Below, in pieces: positions 14,001 through 27,230 of a stretch of 64,000 bases of DNA (positions are counted from its first letter, which is position 1; each line of letters opens with the position of its first letter). Source of the DNA: the human T2T-CHM13v2.0 reference genome, Homo sapiens. The notes under the pieces were generated by a model that ran no database searches, had not been told where the DNA came from, and saw only the letters and a program-made list of their open reading frames with translations. The stretch lies in the NCBI RefSeq assembly GCF_009914755.1, contig NC_060931.1; one strand, given 5' to 3'. Made by a program: the position numbers and the translations under genes.

Positions 14001-14905
14001 AGGCATTGGTCCAGGCAAATATTTTATCACTAAGACCTCAAAAGCATAGGCAACAACAACAAAATAGACAATTGAAACTATATTGAACTAAAATGCTCCT
14101 GCATAGCAAAAGAAACAATCAACAGAATGAAGACACAACATCCTGAATGGGAGAAAATACTTGCAAACTGCTCATCCAACAGGGGTAGTGTAGATGTATA
14201 CACACATCTGGAATTACATTGTAATTAATACACCACTTTATTAATTTAAGGATAATCTCAATCCAAATGGAGTCATTCTGTCTCTGGCCTTTGCTGAAGC
14301 CAAAAAAATGATGGGTTAAAATGGGGATGTATAACGAATCACCATCTCTGCATCTATTAACTCTTTGATGTTGACATTAATCTCTGCAAGTCTTCCAGGT
14401 ATGTACTATTACTTTGGTTTACTATTTTGGCAGAAAGGGATAGTCTCAGGGTCTTCAACTTGGCCCTTCTTACCACAATAGCCCTTACATTATTTAGGGA
14501 GCCAACAAGGATAGTCTCCAATTCCCTAGTATTATGTGTCCTCCAACTACGCAATATGGGTGAAGCGGTGGATCCTCTAGGTCTATTCTAAGGTTGACTA
14601 GGGCCCAAACTTCATTTATCACCTTAGGGGTAACTTTCATATACCTCTCACTTGGACCAGTGGACCACAGTGAAATTTTGGGTCACCAGAAATTAATGTA
14701 AACTCAAGGTCTAATAACTTCTGAAAGGTCTTGGTATTATTGTTACTTTTTCCATTCCTGGTGCATTGTCACTAAATTAAGTAGTCATATGTCCCTTTGG
14801 GAAAGGTGTGAAGAAAGAGTTACAATATATACTTATGGCAGTGGGACCTGCTTTCCCCTCAAGCCAAAGACTGGATCTGTCTTTACATGTGTCACAGACC
14901 CAAGA
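11065..14905 (-). mobile_element. ERVL endogenous retrovirus internal remnant (protease/RT/RNaseH), dead
   Basis: Minus-strand translation: TQLAFTW*EQEYNFTVFPQGHENSPALHHNIV (~12480-12575), HDIDN (decayed HYIDD, ~12415-12429), LVRHRHSSRWKINPMKI. Beyond the L1: VGSLNNVRAIVVRRAKLKTLRLSLSAKIVNQ and protease-like TFQKLLDLEFTLISGDPKFHCGP. All resemble HERV-L/MuERV-L pol. Confidence 0.9.
12579..14185 (+). mobile_element. L1M ORF2 internal fragment (RT region), truncated at both ends
   Basis: Starts near ...[23 protein letters not shown], contains [18 protein letters not shown]...YLFADD, ends near EWEKILANC. No 3' UTR or poly(A). Confidence 0.92.
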
Positions 14906-15610
14906 CAATATTATTGATATTGTTTTAAACAATCATTATTTTTCAATTTCCTACACATTTACCTTTTCCAGTGCTCGTAATTCTTCCCCCAAGTCCCATG
15001 CTTTCATCTGAGGTTTCTTTCTTTTAGTCTGAAGAACTTCCTTTAGTAATTTTCTAGTTCAGGTCTGATGACAATGTATTTTTTCAGCTTTTGTTTGTCT
15101 GACATTGTCTTTATGGCATCTTTATTTTTTAAAACAAACTTTAGCTTTCAGAACAGATTTTAGATTTACAGAAAACTTGCAAAGAAAGTGCAGAGTTCTT
15201 AAATATACCATACCCAGTTTCCTCTATTATTACATCTCATGTTAGTATGGTAAATTTTATTAAAAATAATTAACCATTATTAAAACATTATTATGTTATT
15301 AACTGGAGTCTATGTTTTATTCAGATTTCTTCAGCTTTTAGTTTTTTTCTCTTCCATGATTCTGTCTGGGATATCACATTACATTTAAACCTAATTCTTA
15401 GTCTTCACGTGACTGTGACAGTTTCATTGTTATTTTTGAAGGTGATTTCCACCAACTGTAAAATTCTAGGTTGGTCAGGGTATGTTTTTTCATTCAACAT
15501 TCCATTGCAATGTTGGATGAAATTAGAAAGTGGAATATCAATGATAATGCAATTCTGTTGTCTTCTAATATCTAAAGTTTCTGATGAAAAGTTAGACAAG
15601 TTTTGCTAAT
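14906..15610 (-). mobile_element. Old L1M fragments (ORF1-region piece interrupted by an L1 3' end at ~15125-15425)
   Basis: 'ctgaagaacttcctttagtaattt...', 'ttttagatttacagaaaacttgcaaag', 'gtttctgatgaaaagttag'. Confidence 0.65.
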
Positions 15611-16019
15611 AAAATGAGTCCACTTAATTTGTATCCAGACCTTCTTTCTGTAACCAGCAATACATATTTAATAAATTGAAAAGGAGATATAATTATAAAT
15701 TAAAGGAATCAATTGTTTGCGTATGTGACTTATAAACTGATCTAATGCAGATTGGTATACTTTGCTTAATATCGTGATCTTGGTAAATAAGGAATATAAT
15801 ATCTAAAATGTTCTTATGTAAATCAACTCTGGTGGTCAAGAAAGGTATTTTGTAAAACAAGTTTGTGTTAAGTGATAATATAATTTACTTGTATGAATCA
15901 ATCTTATTTATCAACAGGGCAATATATGCTCCAGATAGATCACCCTTACATTCAATATATCCTCATACTATAATGTAAAAATACAATAACTAGCCATGAT
16001 AAGCAACACATTCAAAAGA

Positions 16020-16260
16020 ACATGAAATCAGACATAACAGAGTGTGAATCCTCGCTCCCTCTCTTGCTAGCTGTGGAAAGTCTGTGACTCAGTTACTTAG
16101 TCTCTCTGAACTTCAGTTGTCTTACCCGTACATTGGGGATACTAGAACTTACCTTGTAGAGTTGTGTGATGAATAAAACTATTTAATATATATACAGTCT
16201 CCGACATCCAAAAGACAATAAATGGTAACCGTTAATAATGATAATAATTGTCATAATATT
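16020..16260 (+). mobile_element. MIR SINE
   Basis: 'gaatcctcgctc...ctagctgtg...agttacttagtctctctgaacttcagtt'. Confidence 0.7.
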
Positions 16261-19200
16261 ATTCATAATTATGGTTTATACTCTTTAATACACATGAAAT
16301 ATTTTTACAGTATCTGAAATGTTTTATTAATGTCCTTTGTGGTTTTATAGATACTATCTAATAATGCGGCAGCCCAGCTATGCTTCAGGATGAATTTCTG
16401 CCATGATTTTTCCCTTCCTTTTATTTCACATTCCTTTGAATAATACTCTCTCAGGACAGTCAATGTAATCCTGCAAATGCTGCGGAGAGAAAATTAGTGC
16501 TAAGGAAGTTCTCCTGAATGTGCTTGGCTCTTGGATTTGTGGTGACAAGTTAGCCACAGGACACTCATCACAGTGAAATGCCTCCACCTCTCTGTCAGAT
16601 GAATAGCAGTGGCTTATTAATAAGTGAGGAAAATGATAGCAGCCCTAGAGCATGAAACTTGTTACTCTATAAGGCATGCCCTCTGGATAATCCAGAGTTG
16701 TGCAGTGTCAGCATTTGAGGAATTATATGAACACAAATATGAATTATATAAATCTGGAATTACATGAGTTACATGAAATCAAACCCCATCTCAGATGCTG
16801 CATCTCAGGTGCCAGCATGTGGATGTATTCAGTAAAAGTTTGCTGAGTGAATGTTACATAATTGTTAGATGTACTAGGCATCTGGAAATGAAAGAAGGGT
16901 AGGACTTTGCTCCTGCCCTTGGTTGATGTATCATTGAACACCTAGTAATATAAAAGTAGAATGTGATTAAATTCTAAAAGTGAGGCTGGGGAGATCACAA
17001 GTGGACTTAAGTTGGAAGTGACGGATAAATAGGATTTATGGGTGAAGAGAAATAAGGAGAAATTCCAGAGAAGGACATAAGCATCAAAAGGCAAAAAAGT
17101 CAGGTTGAAGATAATCAAGGAAGGAAGGTGTTTTATAGAGAGTTTTATCCTGTTGGAATAGAGTTGTGAACTTTGCGGGTTTTAACCCAGCACAGGTGAA
17201 AAGAGGGATAGACAGAGTGGGAACTGTGGGTGGGGAACAGGGTGGCTGTTTGGTGGTCTAGATTTCAGGACGTGGGGCCACACAAGAAGCAGATGAGGGA
17301 GAAGTCTCTAAAGAAGGCCTAACAAACCTTTGGTTACAAAGATGTTTTTTGGGGGAGTGGGGTGAGGTCTGGAAGGGAAGGGAAGGTGGAGAGGTGAATG
17401 TCCAGACAATTCCCAGTATTTGTACCTCATTGAATAGAAGAATGGCTTTACCATGCATAGAAACATGAAGTCAGGATAGAGAGCCATTTGTGGGAAAAAT
17501 GGCAAGTGTGGTATGAAAGTTTGTGAATGTGTGTTAATCAGAACATCTGTACATAAATGAACCACAAGCTAGAGTGGTACTGCAGTGAAGCCATATAAAC
17601 AGAGTAGAAATAAGAGTTGTCAGTGTTTTGGGGTAACCTCTGTGGATCAGTGGTGGGAAAAGGCTATTACAGTCCTCTCCTTATTCCCCCCAACCTTCTT
17701 TAAGATGGTATGGTACAAATGGTACAACAAAAGTAAAGTCTCAGATAGGCTTATCTCAACATTTAAGCAGGTGCAAAACAATTATAAAGGCTTTTCCTGA
17801 AAGCTGGGAGAAGCCCTGTTCTATCCTTAGGCACTAAAAAAATTCTTTATGAGGTAGATGCAATGATATTCTGATGCTAGGAGCAGCCACCCTCTGGACT
17901 CTGTTTTTGCAGGCAACAAAGTCATCTATTAAATGTGTGTGGAGATGGATGCAGGGTGGGCAGAGAGGTAAACTGAGGGTCAGCCAAAGTGTTCATTGTA
18001 CTTCATCCCTGCAAGGGTAGTGGAGCCCATAAAATCTCTCTAGCCAACCATTAATCTTATATGCCACTTTTTCCACAGAATTAAAATGATTTTTAAAGGC
18101 ACTTGTGCAAAACAGTACTCCCTCTAATGTGGGTTTAATAACAACGTTAGAAGTGTTTGTCATGCACTCACTCCATTCCCTTCACTAAGGGTGTGAATTC
18201 TTCATTTGAGCTTTTCAACTGCTAGCTAACCACATGCATATGCCTCATAGACACATACATACAGAAATATTTTAAAGTAAGTTACTACACAGAGAGGCAG
18301 GCTCAAAGAGACAAAAGCTGGAAACCACATGAGCTGGTGAGACATTTGAGGGAAAGAGTCCTAGGGGAAGGACACATTAATGGAAAGAGAGCATTTCAAG
18401 ACAGTCAAGGGTGCCTACTAGCAGCAAACACTCAAAGAAAAGAGTCAAAGATTTGGAGATTAGGGAGGCAATTGGTGACCTTAGAGAGAACAGGCTGAAG
18501 TCAGATGATGGGAGTGAGTGTGGGGTTTGCCAGCAAGTGGAAGTGGCAGGTGTGACCCCCCTCTGTGAGAAGCTTCATCCCAATCACAAACCATTCTCTG
18601 GGAGCAGGTGAGACAGCAGAGTTGGAGTATAGAGAGCCATGCTGAGGCCCTGGAGCTCCATTTTAATGTTGTCCCAAGAGGCCCTTTTGCCAGGCTACTT
18701 TAAGAGGAGAACCTTTCAGCACTTGGGCAAGTCAGCCTCTTCGGGCAGGCCCATGGTGGCCCCATCAAAACTAAATATCTGGGCAGTGCAATGGAAGAGC
18801 TTCAGAGTGTACAGTTTCTGTTCTTTTGTAGCAATGATTAGGTCCACATATGTGTATCTGTGCTTCCCTCTTTTCCTTCCTTGGGCAAATGTAGTGACTG
18901 CCTCCAGGTGTCCCAGGCTGCACAGCTGGTACAACAGAGGCTCCTACTTCTGGACCCACAGGTGAATTTGACATGGAAGGAAATGGTCACCTCAAGGTAC
19001 TATGCACTAGAGATATGGGGAAGGTGTGGAAATGTTGCCTGGGAAGGTTTCCTAGGAGTTTGCAACCTAGCTAACTAACCCACAAAGCCAGCTAGAATTG
19101 GTGAGGCAAGAATTTCTTTATTGAGTGGCTTTATCCAGCTGTGAAAGAGAGAGTTGGGAAAGTGAAGGGAGGTCCCTGAGGAAGGGACTCTTATGCTCTG

Positions 19201-20998
19201 CCTCTCATTCTTCACACTATGGGACACCCTGTATGCATCTCTGCTTAGCAATTTAATGCAAACATAAACTGTGTCTGTCTGCTTGTGGCTCTAGGAAAGA
19301 GAGTCATTTTATACATGATGAGCATGAATTCCAAATAAGAAAATAAGTGACTTTAGTGACTAAAGTTGCAGTAATAGTCGTGTGGTCACAATGTGCTTGG
19401 GTCAGGAGCTGCCTGCAGAGAGAGATATGGCTTGCCCAGAAAGCTGAGGCTTGAAAGAAATAAAACACAAACGCACTGTGGAATGCCAAGCCATCCCACT
19501 GTGAGAATTGAGGCAGCAACTAGATATCATCATACCCACTCCGAGCTTATCTTCCTTGAGGTCTGGGTCTCAATGGCCCCTCCAAACTAGGAGAGTTGTT
19601 TCTGCAATGCCTGGAGCTGCCTCAGCAAGGTGCTGCATGGACATCTTCTCTAATCTTTTCTGACGACAGGTCTGGTGACCTTTAATGGCACTTAAACTTT
19701 TTAAGGGAAAAAATATATAAAGTGCAGAAGCTTAAACAATCCAGTCCCCAGGATTAGCAGCCCATGTCCAGCCTTCGTCTTGAATCCTTCATCTTGCTCA
19801 GTTTCCCATTAACATGAGACAAGGTATTCAAAAGTTTGGGGTTTTGAACAGTGTGCTCGGTTTTCTTCATAGGTCCATTTTTGCAGTGTAATTTAAAGCC
19901 TCACTTCACAAATTCCTTTGCAACTCAAGAAGCCCCCCGAAAAATCTGAAAGTAATTTTTAGAGGAATATTTTGTGGCTCAGAGAGAGGCACTGATGGTA
20001 TTAACATGAAACTACCTGTTCCCAATCCCCTTTCAATAGCACGTCAGGGAGCAAAGCCTCCCTTACAAGATCTGACAAGCGTATGTTCTTGAGGAAGTGG
20101 AGGGGAAGCTCTCTGTTCATATGACTAATTAGACAGACTTCATGCTGTGTTGCTCTTTTTTGATGCAGGTCCTGGTCCTAATTGTCAGTTTGCTCCTCTG
20201 GAAAGTAAGGTTGAGTTCAAATGCCAATGTGGCCTGTTTTCTCTTAGCATTCCTGACCTGAAACTGATGCGGGGTGACAGGGAACAGACGGGAAAGAGAC
20301 TCACTGCACTCAGAGTAAACCTTTTCAAGTTCCCCACAAGGAAGACTGGAACACTAGAAACAGCTCCTAAGGGCTGTGTTTATCACTTAACGTGGCTTAC
20401 ATCAGCTGGGAGTTCTGCCCAGGAGATGGCTAGCCCCTGTGATGAGCACCCAAGCCCAAGCGAAGAGACCAGAGAAGCTTACTGGGCAAGTCCACTTGGA
20501 CAGTTCTCCAAAGGGCAAGGCAGTTATTAGCAACGGACATGGTCAACGTGTTTGGGAATAATGCCAGAAAATGGGGTGTGAGGAACTGATTGCAAGAATG
20601 GCTGCAATTCCCTCCCTATAGCCATGCCCTTTGCAATGTGGCCTTGTAGCTCTTCCTAGTAAGTGGTGGGATGTTTCCTTACTCTTATTTCTGGGCTGGC
20701 CTCCTGTTTTGGCCACTTGAGTGCAGTAGAAGTAATTTTATGTAAGTTCCAAGCCCAGATCTTGAGAGGCCTGAGCACTTATAGTCTATCTCTTGAGATA
20801 ATGCCATGTGTACAAACCAGAGGATGAGAGATCACATGCAGAAAGGCTGAAGTCTCCCAACTGAGGTCATCTACAACCATTCTGTGCCCAGTTGACCCAC
20901 CATCTGACTGTGATGCATGAGCAAGCCCAGCCAACATCAACTGCCCAGCCAACCTATAGACTTATCAAAAAAAAAAAAAAAAAAAAAAAAGAAATGCT

Positions 20999-21295
20999 GG
21001 CTGGGTGAGGTGGCCCATGCCTATAATCTCAACACTTTGGGAGGCCAACGTGGGAGGACTGCTTGAGCCCAGGAGTTCAAGACTAACCTGGGCAACATAG
21101 TAAGACCCCATCTCTACAAAAAAGAAAAAGGAAAAATAGCCATATGGTGGTGCGTGCCTGTGATCCCAACTATTTAGGAGGCTGAGGCAGGAGGATTGCT
21201 CGAGCCTGCAAGGTTGGGGCAGCGGTGAGCAGTGATTGTGTCACTGCACTCCAGCCTGGGTGGCAGAGCACCATCCTGTCTCTGGGGAAAGAAAA
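20999..21295 (+). mobile_element. AluJ
   Basis: J diagnostics: ggaggactgcttgagcccaggagttc, ctgggcaacatag. Confidence 0.9.
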
Positions 21296-21336
21296 GGCAA
21301 TGCTTATTGCTTTAAGTGATTTAACTTTGGGGAAAG

Positions 21337-21757
21337 CGTTAATTTAGATCATCTGAGAAGCAGATGCCAGCCAACATGGAATTAGATGTGCAAGAGATTT
21401 TTTGGATGAAATGCCTGTGGAGGATAAAGCAGAAAAAGAGAGAGAGGTGAGGAGAAACTTCAGCCTGAGATGCAGGTCTTATTTCCGTGACGAAAGAGAG
21501 GAAAGGAAGGATTGAATAGAAGAGTCTCAGACTGTAGCACAGTTCTAGGAAAATTCTGGTCAGCCTGATGGGTAGTCCTTGAGCGGAAGTCACTGTCTGA
21601 GGAACCCTGCGTATCACAGATGTTGGCCTCACTGGGCTCAGTCTCTGGCTGGTAGCAGCCTGGGGGAAGCATGGCCTCCACGGGAAATTGGGGATGAATA
21701 AAGAAGGGTAGCAGCTTAGACCATTAGTCCCCTCAGCAGAAGATCTGAGCAGCACAG
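21337..21757 (-). mobile_element. LTR16A-like ERVL LTR
   Basis: 'gagaagcagatgcca...gattagatgtgcaagagattt...gatgcaggtct...gagtctcagactgtagcacag'. Confidence 0.75.
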
Positions 21758-22710
21758 GGCAGTTTGCCATGCAGCATTATTGGGGCAATAGAGAACTGCT
21801 CTGTAGAGCAAATAGGTTTCTGAGCCTCCAGGGATTTTTGTTGTGTCCTGTGCTTGATCTCTTTTCACCAAGCATGCCTCTTTGATTAAAACTACAGCAG
21901 AATCTTTTCCTTGAATAACATCAAAGTTTTAAAAAGTTCTCTGCTGACTACAGTCCCTAAACTGGAAATATCCTAACAAAAATGCCACAGACCCAACATT
22001 CCACTTCCCTAGGAGGCAGAGAAATATGCAAGTTGTTCATCATTTTGCCTAAAAAGGTGTCGCATGGTGTCCTCCACAGCGTGTCAGGAGGAAACAGAGT
22101 CCTTGGCTAAGAGGCTTTTCATTACCCAGATTTGAAATTGGCTTCAACCTGTGAGATAAAATTTATGAAATATTGTTGTTGATGACAAATCCTTTATGTA
22201 TCTGTGTGGCCTGGATTAGCATGCCTCAATATTACTGTTTTCATAAAGCAATTTAATTACTAAGCATTTGCAATTACTATTATTAATTAGTTTTTTATAG
22301 ACTTCTGGGAAGAAGATACAACCTCAGATTCAATTAACATTTATGGAGCTCTATTTATGTGCTAGGCACTTTGCCAGGGGTATATTTTATTGAATTCTCA
22401 CCAAAACTATGGGAGGTACTTATTATCTCCATTTGCCTTGGTGATCACACTGTTGTAGAACACAGATTGGATGGAGTCAGGTCTTCTGACTTCACAATTT
22501 ATGTACTCAGTATTCGACAAACATGCTTGAGCGTCTAGCAAATTCTAGGATCTGTACTAGAATTGTTGATAGTGATATCAACACAGTTTCTGTTCTTGAA
22601 TTGCTCATAGATTACTAGGGGAGACAGATATCATATTCACACATACTCACTGAGCTCTGTGCTTTATCTGAGAGAAGCACAGGGCACTTCAGACACTGAG
22701 AAATGACACC

Positions 22711-23101
22711 TGTTACAAGCTGAATCGTATTCCTCCAAATTCAAATGAAGAACCCTAAGTCCCCCAGTACCTCACAATGTGGCTGTATTTGGAGATAGGG
22801 CCTTTAAAGAGGTAATTAAGGTAAAATGAGGCCACATGGTTGGACCCTAATTCATATGACTGGTGTCCTATTGAAGAGAAGAGTGGGACACAGACAGGTG
22901 TGTGCACTGAGGAATGACCACGTGAGGACACAGCAAGAAGACAGTAATCTGCAAGCAAGAAAGAACCCACCTAACAAGCCAACCCTGTCAACACCTTGAA
23001 CTTGGACTTCTAGCCCTCCGAACTGTGAGAACCAAAGCTTCTATGGCATAAGACACCCAGTCTGTAGTGTTTTGTTACAGCAGCCAGAGCAGACTAATTC
23101 A
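22711..23101 (+). mobile_element. MLT1A-like MaLR solo LTR
   Basis: TG...CA ends, 'ccccagtacctcacaatgtggctgtatttggagatagggcctttaaagaggtaattaag', TSD ACACC/GCACC. Confidence 0.88.
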
Positions 23102-23319
23102 GCACCTAAGTATACCGGGTGGGGTTGGGGACCGCAAGCTGACACAGGAGCCTCCCAAACAGAGAGGCAGCGGGATGTGGTAGAGACAGCATGGGACTGA
23201 GAGGAGTGAGCAGGCTTTTAGTCTCTGCCTCGCTATCGATGGACAGAAAAGCCTGTAGCAAGGCACGGCCTCTCCCTGGACCTCAGTTTTCTGTCTGTGA
23301 AATGGGGGGATGAGCCTTG

Positions 23320-23585
23320 AAGCATGTTTCCCAGTATGTGTTTCTTGGAACACTGACCCCTTGAGACACTTCTCAAAAAAGGGATTGGTGGCTCTGTGAT
23401 CCGATATATTTGGGATATTCACTCTGAGATATTCAGAATAGAGAGTTGCATATTATAGGTTCTGAAAAGTCCTGCAGGGAAAGAATCCTGTTTTATGTAG
23501 AATTTGCTCAACTTATTTAGCCATAGAACCTCATTTCCATGGCATACTCAATACTTGCATTCCAAGAAACTCCATTTGGGAGACT
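23320..23585. mobile_element. hAT-Charlie MER (MER112-like)
   Basis: TIR-like ends 'catgtttcccagtatgtgtttcttggaacact' and 'ccaagaaactccatttgggagact'. Confidence 0.55.
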
Positions 23586-23789
23586 TAAGCTCAAGTGCAT
23601 TATGTCTTTATTTTCCAACTCCAACACTAAGTGACTTAAAAAGAAAGAAAACATTTAAAAAAATCTCAAGTATAAAATAGTCAGAGGCTAGGGGTTAGAC
23701 CTGTGACTTAAACTAGGAACCCAGAGAAGTAGTTATAACAACAAGGACAAACAAAAAGGAGATGATATTAATTTGGACTATGCTCTACT

Positions 23790-24190
23790 GCCTGATTCTT
23801 TTTGTTTCTAACATTTACACTTAGTTTTTTCTTGACTTACTTCTTTGGCCAAAAGTCACTGGACAGTGTTGAATAACAGTGGTGAGAGTGGGAATCCTTG
23901 GCTTGCTTCTGACTTTAATACAAATACTACAGTGTTTCGCCTCAATTTGTTGTTTGCTGCTGATCTGGAAAGCTTTCCTTTACTACATTAAGAAAATATC
24001 TTCCTATTTCTAGTGTTGAAAGAGCTTAAAACAGGAATCGTTGATGACTGTTAACAAAATTCTTTTTGTCTTTTATGGGGATAATTACATGATCTTTTCT
24101 CCTTTGAATTTTTAATTTAAAAATTATATTAATTGATAAAATGACCCTTACATTTTTAGGATAATTGTAATGTGGTCATGGTATAGTGTG
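23790..24190 (-). mobile_element. Old L1M ORF2 fragment
   Basis: 'gtgttgaataacagtggtgagagtgggaatccttg', 'cttcctatttctagt'. Confidence 0.7.
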
Positions 24191-25611
24191 ATGCATTAAC
24201 TGGTTTCAGAATTTCAGCCTAATACACTTACTGGCTTTCAGCTGACTAGTTAGATGTATATATTACAAAAAACACTTAAAAGAAAACAGATTTGTGCTAA
24301 TGAGAATTTCACCATATCCTATCAGGGTGCTTTAGTTCCCATTAGATAATCAAACTGCCCGGCTCTGGTTCAAGGTGACATTAGTCAACTGATAATCTAT
24401 TTGAATATTCAGTAATGCATGCATAGAATTTAATAATCTCCAGAGAGGCACTTCTAAGGAAAATTCTGTCATACAAATTTCAGTTTGTACACAAACAAAT
24501 ATTATGGAAACAGTTGTTTTTTTAAGGTTAAATTATAAAATGAGACCAAAAAAAGGCGCTTTAAAAGCATATGTTAACATTTTTCTTTTGCAAATTCTCC
24601 TTTATTAACTAAGTTTCATAAAATACTGATATATAAAAAATCTTTTTCTGATACACAGTTGCAGTTCTAGCTGTGAAAACACCACATCTGATATCTATTA
24701 AAAAATGCACTTACCTGTTTCTTTTCACATGATCCTAGGTAAAAAATGTGTTATCTTATCTAAACCTTTTCTCAGATTGACTTTTAGAATATGTAAACAA
24801 GAGAGCTGGGCTAATTATTATGATAAAGTAAAGTGGAAAAAATCATTAGGACTGATACTCTCTATCTCTTATCTTAATAATGTAAAACAAATAAAGAAAA
24901 TAAAACACCAGGGGAAATTGCATAGGGCTGATTTATTTTCTAGTTAACCAGTTTATTTCACATTTATTTTTGATTTAAATGCTTATTCATATCTTGATAG
25001 TAATTTTCAGATACACATCAATGTCAAATTATTAATTTATGCTCATCTCAGCAATGTTACTCAGCCATGGAGATAATCAGGCTTTGGAGATCTTCAGAAA
25101 AACACACACATTAAGTCTGGTAACATCATTAACCTCTTTTCTCCTGCAACCATAGCAGTAACCATGGAGCTCAGCCTGTGTAAAATCACTGCTACCAAGA
25201 CCATGGGAAAAAACCTACATGATTTTTCTAATCCCAGGAATTCTTACATAACTTCTCTGCTAAATGAGGAGCATGATTCAATGGATGATAGAATACTAGG
25301 GCTAAGAGGGACTCTTGGTTTGCTGGTGATAGCCCAGCTGGCTTTATCACCGGTATTCTCTTAATTTTTTGAATGGCAGTTGAAGACAAATGCCATATCA
25401 AGAAGTTGAAGAAAAGTCTGTGATAATAGCAGAGTAGTAATACCCTTTTTATGACAACTAGCAGATGTATGAACCCAAGCTAGGGATATTCTCATCTTTG
25501 AGAATCACAGAATGCAAGAAATGGGTGTGAACTTAAAGATCCTTTTGTTCCACTAGCTCATCTTAGATAATGACACTGGGTGCCAGAGGGCTTGACTGAC
25601 ATGCTTCCTCA

Positions 25612-25967
25612 CTATGGCAGACAGCCTAGATGCTCATCTGTCTCATTTCTTTGTCTTGGGAGCCCAGGAAAACTACATTTCCCAAACATGTGGTTAGATT
25701 AGAGTACATGACTGCCCATGGGATGTGGGCAAAGGTGAAGTGAGTCATTTTAAGCTCAGCACAGTTCTCTTCTCTCACTCATTAGCTGAATGCAAAGGAT
25801 CCTGGGGAAGACTCAGGAAATCCTAGAAGATGGTAGCACAAGATGAAAAGAACTGGCATCCCTGAAATACTACATGGAAGGCTAGACACATGAGTGAAAA
25901 ATATACATTTACAGTGTTATGGTCACATAATTTGGTGGTGACAAAGCTAAACCCAACACTTCTAACA
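25612..25967 (+). mobile_element. MLT1I/J-like MaLR LTR
   Basis: 'aactacatttccca...catgactg...gggatgtgggcaaaggtga...cacaagatgaaaagaactgg'. Confidence 0.65.
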
Positions 25968-26775
25968 TCCTGTCCTTGATCCCAAGTACATATCATCCTT
26001 TAGGCAGAATTATTTACCTCCAAAGACCCCAAGGGATTTTTTTTTTAATTGAAAACCTTCCAGAAGAGGGAAAATTTAACATTAGCAAGGCAGGAATGTC
26101 ACAGTTGCGTGTATTTTTATTCTTTCAGATAGAGCTGATGGATAGTTGGGCAATTACTCAATGTGAAATGAACTGTGATTTCTTTTTTTTTTTTATTGCT
26201 TAGAAGACATGGAGAAACTTAGCAATATTTAGATGCCTCTGGACACTTCTCAGGAATCAAGGGAAATGACTCAGTCTGCTTGGGGGAGATAGGTTCATTT
26301 GTTTCTAGTGATTGCTTTTATACTTATTATTAGCTTGAAAAATGATTAAGAAATGATTAATGATTGAGGGGAATATTCCACACGACTCTGGCCTGTGGAA
26401 TGAGTGTTGATCTCATATTCAGATCCGGATGGCATCTCTCTATAAAATCATGAATGAGTCCTACAGCCGTATCACTTTATCTTCATGGAGAGGTGAAGAA
26501 AATATTTGCTACTCTTCCAGCCACTGTGGTAGACTCATTGATATACCCTACTGTGCCAGAAAGAGTGAATCCTGTTTCATAGTTTCAAATACTGAGGTTT
26601 TTAATAAGGTCTCCTGTAAAATTTTTTTTGGTCCTTGTTATATTTTTCTGATATGTATTTCTGATTTAAAAAAATTTCGGACTGGGACACAGTATGATTT
26701 GCTGTTAGCCTTCTCATGTCATTTATTTTACATTGTTTTGTTGGAAAAATTGGAATTGTTTTGAAAGATGAATGG

Positions 26776-27087
26776 TTTTTTTTTTGTTTGTTTGCTTTTT
26801 TTTTTTTTGAGACAGAGTCTCACTCTCTTGCCAGGCTGGAGAGCAATGGTACAAACTTGGCTCACTGCAACTTCTGCCACCTGGATTCAAGAGATTCTCC
26901 TGCCCCAGCCTCCTGAGTAGCTGGGACTACAGCTGCGTGCCACCATGCCCAGCTAATTTTTGTATTTTTAGTAGAGATGGGGTTTCACCATGTTGGCCAG
27001 TATGGTCTCAATCTCTTGACCGCATGATCCGCCCGCTTCAGCCTCCCAAAGTGCTGGGATTACAGGCATGAGCCACCGAGCCTGGCC
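26776..27087 (-). mobile_element. AluSc
   Basis: Sc diagnostics (tctcttgacc, ...tgccaggctgg). TSD GAAAGATGAA at 26763-26772 and 27089-27098. Confidence 0.92.
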
Positions 27088-27230
27088 AGAAAGATGAAAT
27101 TCTTGATGAACATTTTTAACTTGAATTGAGCCAATTGACATGTTGTTCAGTTCCCAGACAGATGAGTTGTAATTGGCTTCCTCCAGGGACTGCAGCATAA
27201 TTTTCAGGGGAGATTGAGAAGCAGTTTGAC

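Larger units (their letters stand above)
20577..21800 (+). mobile_element. MLT1H-like MaLR LTR containing nested AluJ and LTR16
   Basis: 'gattgcaagaatggctgcaattcc...ccctttgcaatgtg'. The 3' end 'gtttgccatgcagcattatt...gcaatagagaact' resumes after LTR16. Confidence 0.75.

Noticed and set aside
18639-19078. Cluster of ORFs; the minus-strand one (…YTYVDLIIATK…) faintly resembles a reverse-transcriptase YxDD region
   Set aside because: Lacks the second Asp and a convincing LPQG/PFG motif, and has stops on both sides. I cannot assign it to any family without an HMM search.
26376-26402. ATTCCACA/TGTGGAAT 8-bp inverted repeat
   Set aside because: Isolated and of a size expected by chance in 64 kb.
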